DNA of 64,000 nt from Eledone cirrhosa (taxonomy: Eukaryota), in the NCBI GenBank assembly GCA_964016885.1, contig OZ024740.1, positions 315,518,001 to 315,582,000 on the forward strand, written 5' to 3'. Under the pieces are notes generated by a model. The model was not told the DNA's origin. It saw only the letters and a list, made by a program, of their open reading frames with translations, and did not search any database. Shown here one piece after another: positions 36,424 to 49,170 of the stretch. A program made the position numbers and the translations under genes. How positions within the stretch are numbered: the first letter of the stretch is position 1; each line of letters opens with the position of its first letter.

Positions 36424-36925
36424 GGTGTTCACTCCAACATAGCTGTACAAATTCATAATCCATACCTAAAGGCTTTCAAATGTTTATTCATAAACATATT
36501 GTATCATCATTATCATCATCTTCATTTAATGTACATTTTCCTCGCTAGCATGGGTTAGATGGATTGTCCTATTTGAGGCAAGTTGGGTCAAACGACCATG
36601 TCTTGCTCATACAGAACTGTTTCTGGCTAGGTTTCTACAGCTGGATGCCCTTCCTAACACCAACCACATTTACAGTGTGTACTGGGTGCTTTTTGTCGTG
36701 ACACCTACATGACCACAATACAGTGTGGGCTGGGCCCTTTTTGTTGTAACACCTACATGACCACCTTACCGTGTGGGCTGGGTGCTTTTTGTCGGGACAC
36801 CCACACGACCATTGTGATACCAACATAACTTTACAGTGTAAGGGTAGTGTGGAGATTGTATATTGTTTGATATAAAAAGTTTACATACTTATATGTATAC
36901 AGCTATGTTAGAGCAAACACCTTAA

Positions 36926-36970
<45 letters not shown>

Positions 36971-37632
36971 CATACACACACACACGCATACACATACATA
37001 TTATATATACATATATTTAAAGCAGAATTTGTCTAAGCAAAATGTCCTAAGATTACTTATAAAATTATAAAATACGCATTTTTTTTTGTTGTTGCTTATT
37101 ATACATACGTATATTGAGGAAATTAAAAAATCAAGTTTCACCACAGAGAATTGGGTTAAGTTTTTTTTTTTTTTATTATTATAATTTTATCTATTAACAA
37201 ACTGTTTTATGGTTAAAGCTGAAGTTGTTGTACTAGTTCTACTCTATATAATCTGCTAGTAGATCATAATGTGGGAAAATAACCTATATTTTTTTATTTT
37301 ATATTCAGATTCACTGAGACATAGGCTAAAGTATACATTTCTCATTTATTTTTTGTTTTGTTATCATTTGATGTTACTTTATAATGAATGACCAGTCACA
37401 GATGCCTCCTCGGTTACTTCCTATAACCATGTAAATTAAAATACACCAGGTCTTGCTGGAGATTACTGATAAACACTTTCAACGTCTTAAAACGAAGCTA
37501 AACAATTATTTGAATGGTGTTGAGAATTAATATAAGTTTTTTAAGTTCACAGGTAGAATAAATAACCTTGCCATTTTGAGGTCTGAAGTCTGAAAGTTTT
37601 AATTTCTTAAAACATTAGCAAAAGAAATAGTT

Positions 37633-37790
37633 ATGTCGAGGGTGAAGAAATATTGTCTGCTGGTGCATTCAGCTCACCAAATTGTTACTGTATGTAATGC
37701 TGGTAAACATGTACTTGCTGGAAAAGAGATGGAGGATCTACAAGTTTTAAATGCTAAAGGCAATGAAAGTCTGAGTCTAGTAGCTGATGG
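37633..37790 (+). CDS. AMDHD1: Imidazolonepropionase (HutI), coding exon 1
   Basis: MSRVKKYCLLVHSAHQIVTVCNAGKHVLAGKEMEDLQVL...SLVAD(G). GTATG donor, 158 nt. Confidence 0.85.
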
Positions 37791-37809
37791 GTATGTATAC
37801 ATACTTATA

Positions 37810-37911
37810 CAGGGTATCCCCAAAACATGTATACACATTTTGATTACCTGTACAGACAATATTTATTAGATTGCTGTTGAAGTGTGTATACATTTTTTGG
37901 GGGACATCCTG
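37810..37911. mobile_element. Small Tc1/mariner-type MITE just after the AMDHD1 exon 1 donor
   Basis: TA|CAGGGTATCCCCAAAACATGTATACACA...TGTGTATACATTTTTTGGGGGACATCCTG|TA inverted termini. Confidence 0.75.
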
Positions 37912-38019
37912 TATATTCTATCCTTTTTAATTTTCATATCTAAATACTACGGAAGGATAAGATTGAATGAATAAGATGTTGTGAATTCACATTTTAGGGT
38001 AGGCACTGTATTTTTTTTT

Positions 38020-38453
38020 TGTGGTGGTGGTGGGGTGGGGTGGGGGCTTTATGGGGGGGGGGGGGGGGTGATGCAGTTGATGTTATTGTGGTGATGGGGG
38101 TGATGTTGCAGTTGTTGTTGTTGTGGTAGTGATGTTGCTGTTGCTGTTGTTGTGGCAGTGGTGGTGGTGCAATTGATGATGATGACGATGACGATGATGA
38201 TGATGAGGAGGAGGAGGAGGAAGAGGAGGAAGGAAATATAAATCTCTAAGCCTTGATGTGACATTTATCATTTCAAAAACTCCTGCAAACGACAGTTGGA
38301 GATGTCAGATTATTAACTCATGTATGTCTTGAAAAGGGCTTTAATCTAATAATGTGTGTTAGAACATATATTTACCATTATCATCATCGCCATCAACGTC
38401 ACCACCACCACCACCATCATCATGATCACCACAACCCCACCACCACCATCAAC

Positions 38454-38494
<41 letters not shown>

Positions 38495-38760
38495 ATATCA
38501 CCATCACCACTACCACCACCACTGCTGCCACCCCACCCCCATCATCATCATCATCATCAACGCCACCATCACCACTACCACCACCACTGCTGCTACTCCA
38601 TTCCTATCATCATCATCATCATCATCATCACCACTATCACCAATACTGCTGCCATCATCATCATCATCATCATCATCTGTTGGAACTTATATTTGTCAGC
38701 AATTAAATGGATCATCACCATCACCATCACCGTCATCATCATCATCATCATTATCATCTA
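38020..38760. repeat. Low-complexity trinucleotide tracts (GGT/GAT/GTT, then CAC/CAT)
   Basis: Seen directly. Source of the poly-His, Met, Thr and Ser spurious ORFs. Confidence 0.9.
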
Positions 38761-40303
38761 ATTTAATTTGCCATGAAAATCTTATTGCTGTGGATATAAT
38801 AGCTTAGTTTCCTTTTGTACAGTTATAATCAACCTGGATGAATATCGGGTTTTCTTATAAGTTGTAATAGTAGAGGACAACATTAAGAACTGCCTCCCTT
38901 ATATTGCTCCCTTAAATTAACCCTTTAACGTTTAAACTGGCCATATCTGACCAGAATTCTCTCACTTCTTTCTCTTCAAAACAGCCATAACTGGCTGCTC
39001 ATACTGATGTTAAGATGTTGTTCTTAAAATAAATAATATCAAAATCTCATAGATTCGATACTATGTAAGATAAAGCCTTTACTGCAAAAATATAATAGTA
39101 AATATTGAGTAATGTAAATTGATATCAACCCACCAAACCTGTCACTGGTTCTATGAAATTACCATATATACTTGAATATAAGACAAGAAATATGTGACCC
39201 CCAAAAATTGATGGTAAAATAAGCGGGAGTGCTTATATATGCTATCTAAATAATGTGTTGATTAGCTGCCTTGGCTTATAAGCAGGGTTTGGACTTTTGC
39301 CTATTCCTCAGACATAAAATAGAGGGGCTCGGCTTATATTCAGATCAGTTTATATTTGAGTATATAATAATTGTTTCTACTTTTGGCACAAGGCCAGCAA
39401 TTACCCAGTACATTACTGGTACTTTATTTTATCAACCCCGAAAGGATGAAAGGCAAAGTTAACCTCGGCGGGATTTGAACTCAGTCCGTAAAGGGACGTA
39501 ACTATGCTGGAAAGCATGGCGTCCGACTCTTTATCGATACTGCCAATCCAAGTGTACAGTGCTCAGGGGCACTACAACTCATCAAAGGTGCATATATAGT
39601 ACATAGAATAATGTACAAATGTCAGGAAAGTGAACAGTGTATGGGTCATGATATACACAGACATACACACACACATGTGTGCATATGTATGGAGGGGCAA
39701 TATGAGGTGTAGTTTAGGCACAGTAAATCTCTCATTTAAAAGGATTTTATTTAAATCAAAACCTTCCAACATAACTTTGTATTTGTTATGTCACAAATAC
39801 CATCTTAATGATGAAATAATAATTTTATTAAATTCCCCTGAATTATTCCTAAACTAATTCATTCGAAACCCTGTAACAAAAAAGATAAATAGTCTCCTAC
39901 CACCTTCTCTCCATGAGAGGTACAGTTGTTGTGTGTCATATTGTGTAGTAGATGGTGTTGTTGTTATTGTTTTATAGAGTAAGGGGTTCTATCTGGTAAA
40001 TTTTTCATATTACATCTTTGGAATCTAGATCTGTTAAGTTCCATTCGAATATAACACAGCCACATGTTATGACTGACACTACACTGGGGTTGATAGTATA
40101 GTTATCTTGATGGTGAGGTGAAGGGGGGGTGCAACTGAGGATGGCGTGCGGGGGGGGAGGTAGAAGAGGAGGATGCGGTGGAGGGGGAAGAAGAAAAATA
40201 GGAGGGGAGGAGGAGGAGAAGGTTCATCATCGTCATCACCACCACCACCACCACCACCATCATCATCATCATTATCATCATCATCACCACCACCACCACC
40301 ACC

Positions 40304-40337
<34 letters not shown>

Positions 40338-40397
40338 CTATCATCGTTCTCTATCAGGCAGATCCTTCACTTTCTTTTCATTCTCTGTCTCTTTCAG

Positions 40398-40504
40398 ATG
40401 TGGCAATATACTAGAAATAGGAGATACTAGAGACATTCTATTAAAGTATCCACTTTCTTACTTCAAGCAAGTCATAGATGCTAAAGGAATGTGTATCATA
40501 CCAG
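40398..40504 (+). CDS. AMDHD1: AMDHD1 coding exon 2
   Basis: Polypyrimidine tract and CAG acceptor. CGNILEIGDTRDILLKYPLSYFKQVIDAKGMCIIP(G). GTAAA donor, 107 nt. Confidence 0.9.
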
Positions 40505-40654
40505 GTAAATATTGTAATATTTAACTTGGAAATAAGTCTCTCTATGTTTTTGCTGTTGTGGTTATAATAATGAAATATTGTGTACAGTGCTCAGGTGCAC
40601 TACAACTCATCAAAAAGTGTATGTATGTATACATAGGGTAATGTACAAACGTCA

Positions 40655-40808
40655 GGGTTGTGGTGGTGCTGTTGTTATTGTGGTGGTGGTGGTGGTGGTG
40701 GTAGTGGTAGTGATGGTAATGGTAATGGTGGTGTTGTTGTTGTTGTTGTTGTTGTTGTTGTGGTGGTGGTGGGGGTAGTAGTAGTGATGGTAATAGTAAT
40801 GGTGATGG

Positions 40809-40841
<33 letters not shown>

Positions 40842-41290
40842 GATGGTAATGGTGTTGTTGTTGTTGTTGTGGTGGTAGTGATAGTGTTGTTGTTGTGATG
40901 GTGTTTTTGTTGTTGTTGTTATGACAGCAGTGGCGGCAGTGGTGGTGGTGTTGCTTTTGCTTTATTGTTATTGTTGTGATGTTGGTAGTGGTGGTGCTGC
41001 TGTTGTTATTGTTGTAGTGATGGTGGTACTGATGTTGTTATTGTTGTAGTGATGGTGTTAGTATTGGTAATGGTGGTTTTGTTGTTGTGGCAGTGGTGGT
41101 GGTGGCGGTGGTGGTGGTGGTGGTGGTTTTGTTGTTATGGCGGTGGTGGTGGGGGTGGGGGTGGAGTAGTGGTGGTGTTGGTGTTGGTAATGGTGGTTTT
41201 GTTGTTGTTGTGGTGGTGGTGATGGTAATGGTGGTGGTGGTGTTGATGGTGGTAGTGTTGTTGTTATTGTGGTTGTTTTGTTCTTATTGT
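40655..41290. repeat. Low-complexity (GGT/GTT)n tract
   Basis: Seen directly. A complementary (CAC/CAT)n tract lies at 40225-40345. Confidence 0.9.
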
Positions 41291-41309
41291 TGTTTTTTGC
41301 TGTTGTATT

Positions 41310-42572
41310 GTATGGAATCCTGTGTCATGGTGGATGTTGTTTACCTTGACTTTACTAAAGCTTACAATTCTGTGCCACACAAAATGCTTATGGCAAAACT
41401 CTCTGCAATGGGTGTGAAAGATGATCTTTTTAACTGGTTGAAGTCTTTCATTCTCAGTCAAAGAAAGGTAGTCACAGTTCTAGGACAGCATTTGTCACCG
41501 TATGAGATGTCATCTGGTGTACCACAGGGATCTGTTCTTGGTCCCCTTTTGTTTGTGGCATATATTAATGACATATTTTTATGACATATAAGAATGCCAC
41601 AGTACTGAAATATGCAGATGACATCAAGCTGTACCTTGAGATAAAAAGGACAGATCCTGAACGCCATAAATCTTTCCTGCAATCAGATCTGGACACAATG
41701 CAACAATGGATCACGGACTGGCAATTCAAGTTGGCTGTGGACAAGTGTACCACCATGCATTTTGGGAGTATAAACCCAGCGTCCACATACTCCCTCCACA
41801 ACTCTAATATCAAGAAGTCTTCTTGTGAACGTGACCCGGGCATTACTGTCAGCAGTGATTTGCGTTGGACGAAGCACATCTCTAAAATTGTCAAGAAGGC
41901 CGAGGGTGTCTTAGCATCACTCAGCAAGACCTTTGTCAGCCGCTCTCCAGCTATCTATTTAAAGCTGTATATAGCTATGGTGCGGCCACACTTAGAATTT
42001 GCATCACCAGTCTGGAACCCCTATCTTGCTCAGAACATTGACCGCCTGGAAACTGTTCAGGGACATGCAACCAAGCGAATACCCTCCATCAGACACCTAC
42101 CATACTCTGAACGCCTTGCTTCCCTGAGCATGGATACATTGAAGCTCCGACGTCTAGCAACTGACTTGGTAAATACCCACAAACTTATTAGCCATCTTGC
42201 CAACAACAACCCTGAGTACCTTTTTGATTTCCATGTGTCTAACACACGTGGACATGCCTACAAAGTCAGAAAACAGCACAGCTCCAATGACTTTTGGAAA
42301 CATTTTTTCACGCTCAGAGTTGCTGAAGCATGGAACAAACTACCTGCATCAGTTGTTAGCTGTCGAGACACTGCATCCTTTAAAACCTCCATGCTTCCTG
42401 AGATTCGCCAACACTACAGCTAATGTTCCCCCTCCATACACATACACACATGTATTTCATGACTCGTACACTGTTTATTTTCCTGACACTTGTACATTAT
42501 TCTATGTACTATACATGCATCTTTGATGAGTTGTAGTACACCTGAGCACTGTACACAATAATTTCATTATTA
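41310..42572 (+). mobile_element. 5'-truncated CR1-type LINE
   Basis: VDVVYLDFTKAYNSVPH, GVPQGSVLGPLLF, KYADD, RPHLEFASPVWNP. One frameshift near 41580. Tail GAGTTGTAGTACACCTGAGCACTGTACACAATAATTTCATTATTAT. Confidence 0.92.
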
Positions 42573-43671
42573 TACAGTAATGTACTGGGTAATTGCTGGC
42601 CTTGTGCCAAAAGTAGAAACAATTATATTATTGCTGCTGCTGCTGCTGCTGCTGTTGTTATTGTTGTAAAAAGTTTATTTGATTACTCCTCTATGACAAT
42701 TTATCATGTTTTCATATAGTTGTCATCTGGTGTTATTTATTCTAAAATTTCAAGTTGTAGAGATGAAAGGTTCTTCAAAACCCTGTATTTTGCTGGGAAA
42801 TATTCATTTTAACTTTAAAAGGTTGAACGTTTGAAGAAAAAAAATGAAAGAAAGAAAACAGCGTCGGCTAGGAGAGGGTAGAAAGATCGTGAGTCATGTC
42901 AAGGGAGACAATTCATATGGAAAATTAATTGTCGACAGAGTTGTCTCTCATTGAGACAAATATGTACGCACATATATATCTACCACCATATTTATGATCA
43001 TAGTCATTTTTCGACAGAACGCATACACGTTAGAATTAGATAAATATTGTGCCGTATTTAGTTACATTTCTTTTCGTTCACTCTTCAAATCCTATTGTAG
43101 TTAATGTTGTCTTTCAACTACAAGAGATCGATAAAACTTTATAATATTGGTTTCTGATTTAGGTACAAGGCCAACAATTTTATGGGAGGGGAAAGTGCGT
43201 TACTGGTACTTTATTTTATCGACCCCCGAAAGGCAAAGCTAAAATCAGCAGGATTTGAACTCAGATCGGAAAGGGCAGTAACTCTATGCTATAAAGCATA
43301 TTGCCTGAGGCATCACCAATACTGCGAATCCACCGCCTTGATATTATAAAAAATTATAATATTAATAATTGTTTCTGTATTTGGATCAAGGCCAGCAATT
43401 TCAAAGGTCGATTATATCTACCCCTGTGCGTTACTGGTACTTTATTCTAATGACCCCGTAACGATGAAAGGCATGGCTAACCTCAGTGGGATTGGAACTC
43501 AGAACGCAAAGGGACGTAACTAAATGTTCCAAAGCATTTTCTCGACGCTCTAATGATTCTAGTAATAATAATAATAATTGTTTCTATTTTTGGCACAAGG
43601 CCAGCAATTATCCCAGTGTGTTACTGGTGCATTTTTTTTATTACCGGAATATTTTTTTGTTTTTCTTTTAG

Positions 43672-43736
43672 GTTTTATAGATGCCCACACACACCCAGTG
43701 TGGGCTGGGGACAGAGTTCATGAATTTGCTTTGAAG
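43672..43736 (+). CDS. AMDHD1: AMDHD1 coding exon 3 (metal-binding HxH)
   Basis: GFIDAHTHPVWAGDRVHEFALK, the amidohydrolase PGxIDxHxH motif. TAG/GTAAC boundaries, 65 nt. Confidence 0.95.
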
Positions 43737-44023
43737 GTAACTTTCAAAATTACTTCAGCAGTACTTTGCCAATTTCTTTCTTTAATGTTTGATATATTCA
43801 TAATAATTGTTTCTACTTTTGGCACAAGGCCAGCAATTACCCAGTGTATTGCTGGTACTTTATTTTATCGACCCCGTAAGGATGAAAGGCAAAGTTAACC
43901 TCGGCGGGATTTGAACTCAGATCATAAAGGGACGTAACTCTATGCGTCAACGCATGGCGTCCGACCCTCTACCGATACTGCCAATCCACCGCCATGATAT
44001 ATTCATAATAATACTAGATAGAC

Positions 44024-44210
44024 CAGGCATGTCAAACTGAAGGTCCCCTGAGGGCCACATGGGTCACATATGTGTTGTCTGAGGACCACACATGACAACT
44101 AATTGCGCACATTACAACAAATACTTTTTATTTCATATTATGCTACGCTATAAAAACCTTTGTGCAGGCCGCAGGTATGCTCGTAAAGGGCCGCATGTTT
44201 GACGTGCCTG
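44024..44210 (+). mobile_element. hAT (Charlie/Buster-type) MITE
   Basis: TIRs CAGGCATGTCAAAC and GTTTGACGTGCCTG. Perfect 8-bp TSD AGATAGAC at 44016-44023 and 44211-44218. Confidence 0.9.
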
Positions 44211-44447
44211 AGATAGACTGTTAATGTAGATATTGGAGTTAGATGTATATATTAGTATAAAGTCGTAGGGTCACTGTAGTGACATGGCAATTCTTGGGCA
44301 TACTTTTTTAAAACCTGCCAGAGTCCATCTCCTTGCCAGGTTTATTGGAGTTAAATACAGGGTGTAAATATCTATTTGATAAACAGATAATCTAAGTGAA
44401 CTACAAATAGGATTTATATGATTTGATGTACTATTTTCCATTTTTAG

Positions 44448-44725
44448 TTGTCTGGTGCTAGCTACATGGAAATACATGAAGCTGGTGGTGGTATCCACTT
44501 CACTGTGGAACATACTCAGAAAGCATCAGAAGATGAATTATTTGAAAGTTTAAAGGACAGACTCTGGCAGATGCTACATGCTGGGACTACATTGGTAGAG
44601 TGCAAGTCGGGTTATGGTTTAAACACAAATACTGAAGTGAAGATGCTTAGAGCGATAGAGAGAGCCAAAAAGGAGGTCCCTATTGATATCTCAAGCACCT
44701 TTTGTGGAGCCCATGCAGTACCAAA
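44448..44725 (+). CDS. AMDHD1: AMDHD1 coding exon 4
   Basis: LSGASYMEIHEAGGGIHFTV...GTTLVECKSGYGL...TFCGAHAVP(K), HutI signature motifs. TAG/GTAAG boundaries, 278 nt. Confidence 0.97.
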
Positions 44726-45235
44726 GTAAGAAAGTTTGATTTTTGATGGGAGATGGGGCATTATTTCTAAATCAACATCAGTTATTAAACTACAAAAGAT
44801 CTTAAAACTTCTGTTTTTGCTCTGTAGTGTGTTACATATTGAGTGTTCTTGAAAAATTAAATTATTTGATAAAAATATTCCTTCAATTATTTAACTTTTA
44901 CTGACAAGACACCCCCCCCCCCCTTAAAATCTCAACTATTATTACTTGCATTTTCAAGTTGTATGTATAGACAAGGTACATAAATTTGTTTGCCTCAGTC
45001 TATGTAGCTGGTAAACAAGCATCATTTCTACTTCATAGTTCAGTGTTTAACATGAGAATATACATCCAGCTGTAAAAACAATTACTGCAACAATATGTAT
45101 ATATTCAAAGATTATAAATTCATCCCACACAGCTAGCATGGATAAATGGCTGTATAACTGAGGTTATTAAGATTTAAATAATAAAAATAATAATATTAAT
45201 TTCAACAAAAAGATGTTCTGGTTTTTAATTTTTAG

Positions 45236-45461
45236 AGGCAAAACTGCTGAAGAAGCAACATATGATGTCATAAATAATCAGCTTGTTCGAGTTAAAGAAC
45301 TAATGGATTCAGGGAAACTGCATGTCGACAACATTGATGTCTTTTGTGAAAAGCTTGTGTTTGATATTAACCAATCCAAAGCCATATTAGAAGCTGGTAA
45401 AAAATGTGGACTTGCAATAAACTTCCATGGAGATGAACTCAGCCCACTTAAAGGAGCAGAG
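45236..45461 (+). CDS. AMDHD1: AMDHD1 coding exon 5
   Basis: GKTAEEAT...IDVFCEK...NFHGDELSPLKGAE. TAG/GTCAG boundaries, 226 nt. Confidence 0.95.
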
Positions 45462-45913
45462 GTCAGAAACATTTTGATATTGATTAACTTCAATAATTAC
45501 TCCAGAGGAGAATTTAGAAAGAGTTTTTAAGACAATTCAGGCCTCAAACAATGTTCAATATTCTAGAGATAAAAAAAAAAAAAATCTGGTGAATGGCAAA
45601 ATTGGTAAAGTGTCTGACAAAATACATTTGTAGTATTTGTTCTGGCTCTGTACATTCTATGTTCAAATCCTGTCAAGATCAACTTTACCTTTCATCCTTC
45701 TGGGGTTGATAAAATAATCTACCAGCCCAGTATTATCTGACGTTTTAACAACTCTGCCAATTTGCCACCTTATTGACTATATATATTGGGATTGTTATAT
45801 ACAGAAATTGTAAAGAGTAAAACTGTATATTCTTTATGCTAAACTAACCTTACAGTTTTGATATTTCCCATACCAACCATATTATTCTGTGATGTTTCGT
45901 TCTTCTTTTGTAG

Positions 45914-46132
45914 ATGGGAGCAGAACTTGGTGCTTTAGCCATAAGCCACCTCGAAGAAATTTCTGATGAAGGCACTAAAGCAATGGCAGAAGCTGGTTCT
46001 GTTGGAGTCATTTTACCCACTACAGCTTATATTCTACGATTGAAGCCACCAGATGTTGTTAAAATGATTGGTGCAGGTATGGCCATTGCATTAGGATCAG
46101 ATTTCAACCCAAATGCTTATTGTCTATCAATG
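45914..46132 (+). CDS. AMDHD1: AMDHD1 coding exon 6
   Basis: MGAELGALAISHLEE...LPTTAYILRL...ALGSDFNPNAYCLSM. TAG/GTAAG boundaries, 219 nt. Confidence 0.97.
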
Positions 46133-46356
46133 GTAAGATAATATACTTATTTGCATGTTTGTATGTTAGTGTGAGAGAAAGTAGTGTGTGTGTATGTATT
46201 TATGTTTGTGTGTATATAAATGAGAGAAAAAGTACTCAATACAGTAGAGTTTATTAATTTATTTGAAGCTGAGACATTATGCCATCACTACTCTCAGTTT
46301 TCTGTCACTATGAAAAACAGGAATGGAATGAAGCTTCAAACTTTGAATATGCAAAT

Positions 46357-46417
<61 letters not shown>

Positions 46418-46418
<1 letters not shown>

Positions 46419-48353
46419 GGGATAACAAATTATTGTTATAGGTTGTCCACTTAGATGTAGTCTAGTTAGGGTACTCCGAGTAGTGGATATTATTAACGCC
46501 TGGGTAATTTTGACTCAACAAGACGTTTCCAGAGTGATACTGCGAGTATGCGGTGATTTCTATGTTGTTTACACTTGGAGTAATAATAAATCAAGAAAGA
46601 AGAGTGACATGGTTTGCTATACAATAAGGGCTTTATTCACATTGCTGACAATTGTTTCTCTGAACTGGTAGGGGTAGAGATCACTACCCGCCTGTTTTTG
46701 CGTCAATCGATCACCAATACTTTGTTGTAACCAGTCAGTTCATCAGAGCGTGCAAGAATGAAGGGAATACACAGGCATGGCTTCTATATATAGTAGTGGT
46801 ATTAAATCAGAACAATAATAACAATACTAACAATACTGGCAATACTACAATAAATTAGCTAGACCGTAAATATTTAAAATAATCTGCAATTGTCACCTAC
46901 CAGATAGGTGCTCATTGGTGAACAGGTGCCTTGATTCGAGCCTAGTGTACATGTGTACGGCGAACTCGGGCAACTCCACTTGGCATTACATTGGATCCAC
47001 CGCGGGTACTTTTAAAAAAAGATGGTATGTGCACAGACATTCGATGAAGAACCGTGCACTAATAGGTTCTACAACCCTCGCCAAGAAAATCTGGGAACTT
47101 AAGGACAAAAACATTGACTACAATATCAACTGGTCGAGGTTGTTGGCCACAAGGGCATATAGTACCAGTATGTCCTATTGTAGGCTCTGCAACCTTGAAT
47201 TGCTATATATCCTTAGGAACGATAAAAGGCTACTCAACAACAAGATAGAAAGATCAATTTTCTGCAGACACAGGATCGCTACTAAATTCACAAGATTTAA
47301 GCCACTGTGATTCGAACCAACGTAATTTAGCATTCAACATATGAAATCCGCACTCTCACACAGACCACCACAGAACTATAATATTCTTTAAGCAGCTTCG
47401 AGCCTCCTTAATTCTATACCACAGTAATGTCTGCAAATATCTTATCAACCCATAAATATATCTCTTCTCAGCTGCTGTCAACACAACTTCCTCACTCTTG
47501 ATTCTCAACAGATGAACTTAATTCCAAGTACATTATCTGACTACTACCACAGTCCTTGAAATATCACCTTCCCTCTGTTGTTATAATGACCATCCCATTG
47601 TATCCGTAATTGTAGTCATTATGTTCTCTCTATGCTTCTTGCTTCTTAACCTCTGTATTAACTTACTATATTGCTATTATTATTATTATTATTGTTGTTG
47701 TCTTATCCATGCATGATGTGTTATTGATGCTGTGAAAGCTAAACAACCCCATGATTCGAACTAACAATCCCTTCATCTAATATAGACCACTTAAATAATG
47801 AATCCGCTTTACACCACATAAAAATTGCCATCCTCACTACAATGAAAATATTTTATCTGTCAGATAATAAATAATTTTTATGGTCAGCAAACCTACAGTA
47901 AAGTAAATGGTCCATTGTTTCAAGCCCCAGGTTATCTCTATACTATATATAATACACCCCATGACAGCTTTTACATGTCAATTTCATACATCTGCTTCGT
48001 ATCAGCTCATTTTACATGCTAAAGTCATCAGTATACTCTATGTCTTACTTAGATTGATGTTGTGATTATTTTAAATATTTACGGTCTAGCTAATTTATTG
48101 TAGTATTGTTATTATTGTTATTATTGTTCTGATTTAATACCACTACTATATATAGAAGCCATGCCTGTGTATTCCCTTCATTCTCGCACGCTCTGATGAA
48201 CTGACTGGTTACAACAAAGTATTGGTGATCGATTGACGCAAAAACAGGCGGGTAGCGATCTCTAAACCTACCAGTTCAGAGAAACAATTGTCAGCAATTT
48301 GAATAAAGCCCTTATTGTATAGCAAACCATGTCACTCTTCTTTCTTGATTTAT
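46418..48353 (+). mobile_element. 5'-truncated Penelope-like element with inverted pseudo-LTR
   Basis: GIY-YIG fragment 46885-47310 (CNC..C..C, LVY..YIGST..FKKR..H, CRLCNLE). About 295-bp inverted repeats at 46586-46884 and 48064-48353. Inserted in a (TA)n tract. Confidence 0.88.
48187..48301 (+). ncRNA. Type I hammerhead ribozyme candidate in the pLTR
   Basis: GCT-CTGATGA (48193-48199), stem II, GAAAC-AATT-GTC (cleavage predicted after 48292), AGC. Mirror copy on the minus strand at 46638-46752. Confidence 0.6.
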
Positions 48354-48840
48354 ATATATATATATATATATGTGTGCAGAATCACAGGAAGAGTGGTTAT
48401 AATATATGACTATATATAAAATGCAAAGCCAACCTAAAACAACCATGAATTAGATATTAATTATCAACAAGAGACCATTGACGTCCTGTACCACATGAAC
48501 CCACATTAGCAAAACATTCTAGGAAAGTACAAAACAGCACTATGACTATATCACATTAAAAATTAAAATATTACTCTAATACTGCAAAATTTCACAATGA
48601 TCTGTCCACTACTACAAATACTATAAACATCTGAACTAACAATCCTGTTATTCAATATTTTCTGCTAAATCATTTCAAAATAGCACTATGTCTGCATCAT
48701 ACTGAAAATTAAAGTATTTACTCTAATACTGCAAAATTACACAATGGCATGTCTACTAGTAAAGATATTATAAACATTTGAATTAACAAACCTGTTTTTT
48801 TTAAAGATATTTTCTGCTAAATCATTGCAGAAAATTAATC

Positions 48841-49170
48841 ATCATCATCATTATCATCATCATCATCGTTTTTACATCCATTTTTCCACACTTGCATGAG
48901 TTGGACAGGTCCTTTTCAGCACAGCATCTCTCCACTTGCCATGTTCCTTCGTCATCTCCTGTCAGCTCTCACCACCTCTGTCCAGGTCTCTCATAGTCTA
49001 CCTCTACTGCAGCTTCCTACCATTGAGATATCCTGGCACTTCTTTGCCCAGTGATCATTATCCCTGCACCTCAAATACTCCATGTAGTTTTCTCTCCTGC
49101 ACACCACTTTGGATTCCTCTTAAACCCAATTTCTCCCTCAGTTCATCCAAGCTCTGCCTTTCTCTCAATG
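48841..49170 (-). mobile_element. Degenerate RTE LINE 3' fragment
   Basis: (GAT)n tail and similarity to the reverse complement of 53450-53770. Confidence 0.7.

Noticed and set aside
38049-41300. Poly-His, Met, Val, Pro and Ser ORFs
   Set aside because: These are translations of trinucleotide tracts in AMDHD1 introns. Only 40398-40504 is a supported exon.
47311-48063. SECIS element or selenoprotein signal in the Penelope-like 3' UTR
   Set aside because: The visible ORF has no in-frame TGA at a Cys position, and I could not build a convincing SECIS stem around the ATGA/AA/GA candidates near 47712-47756.
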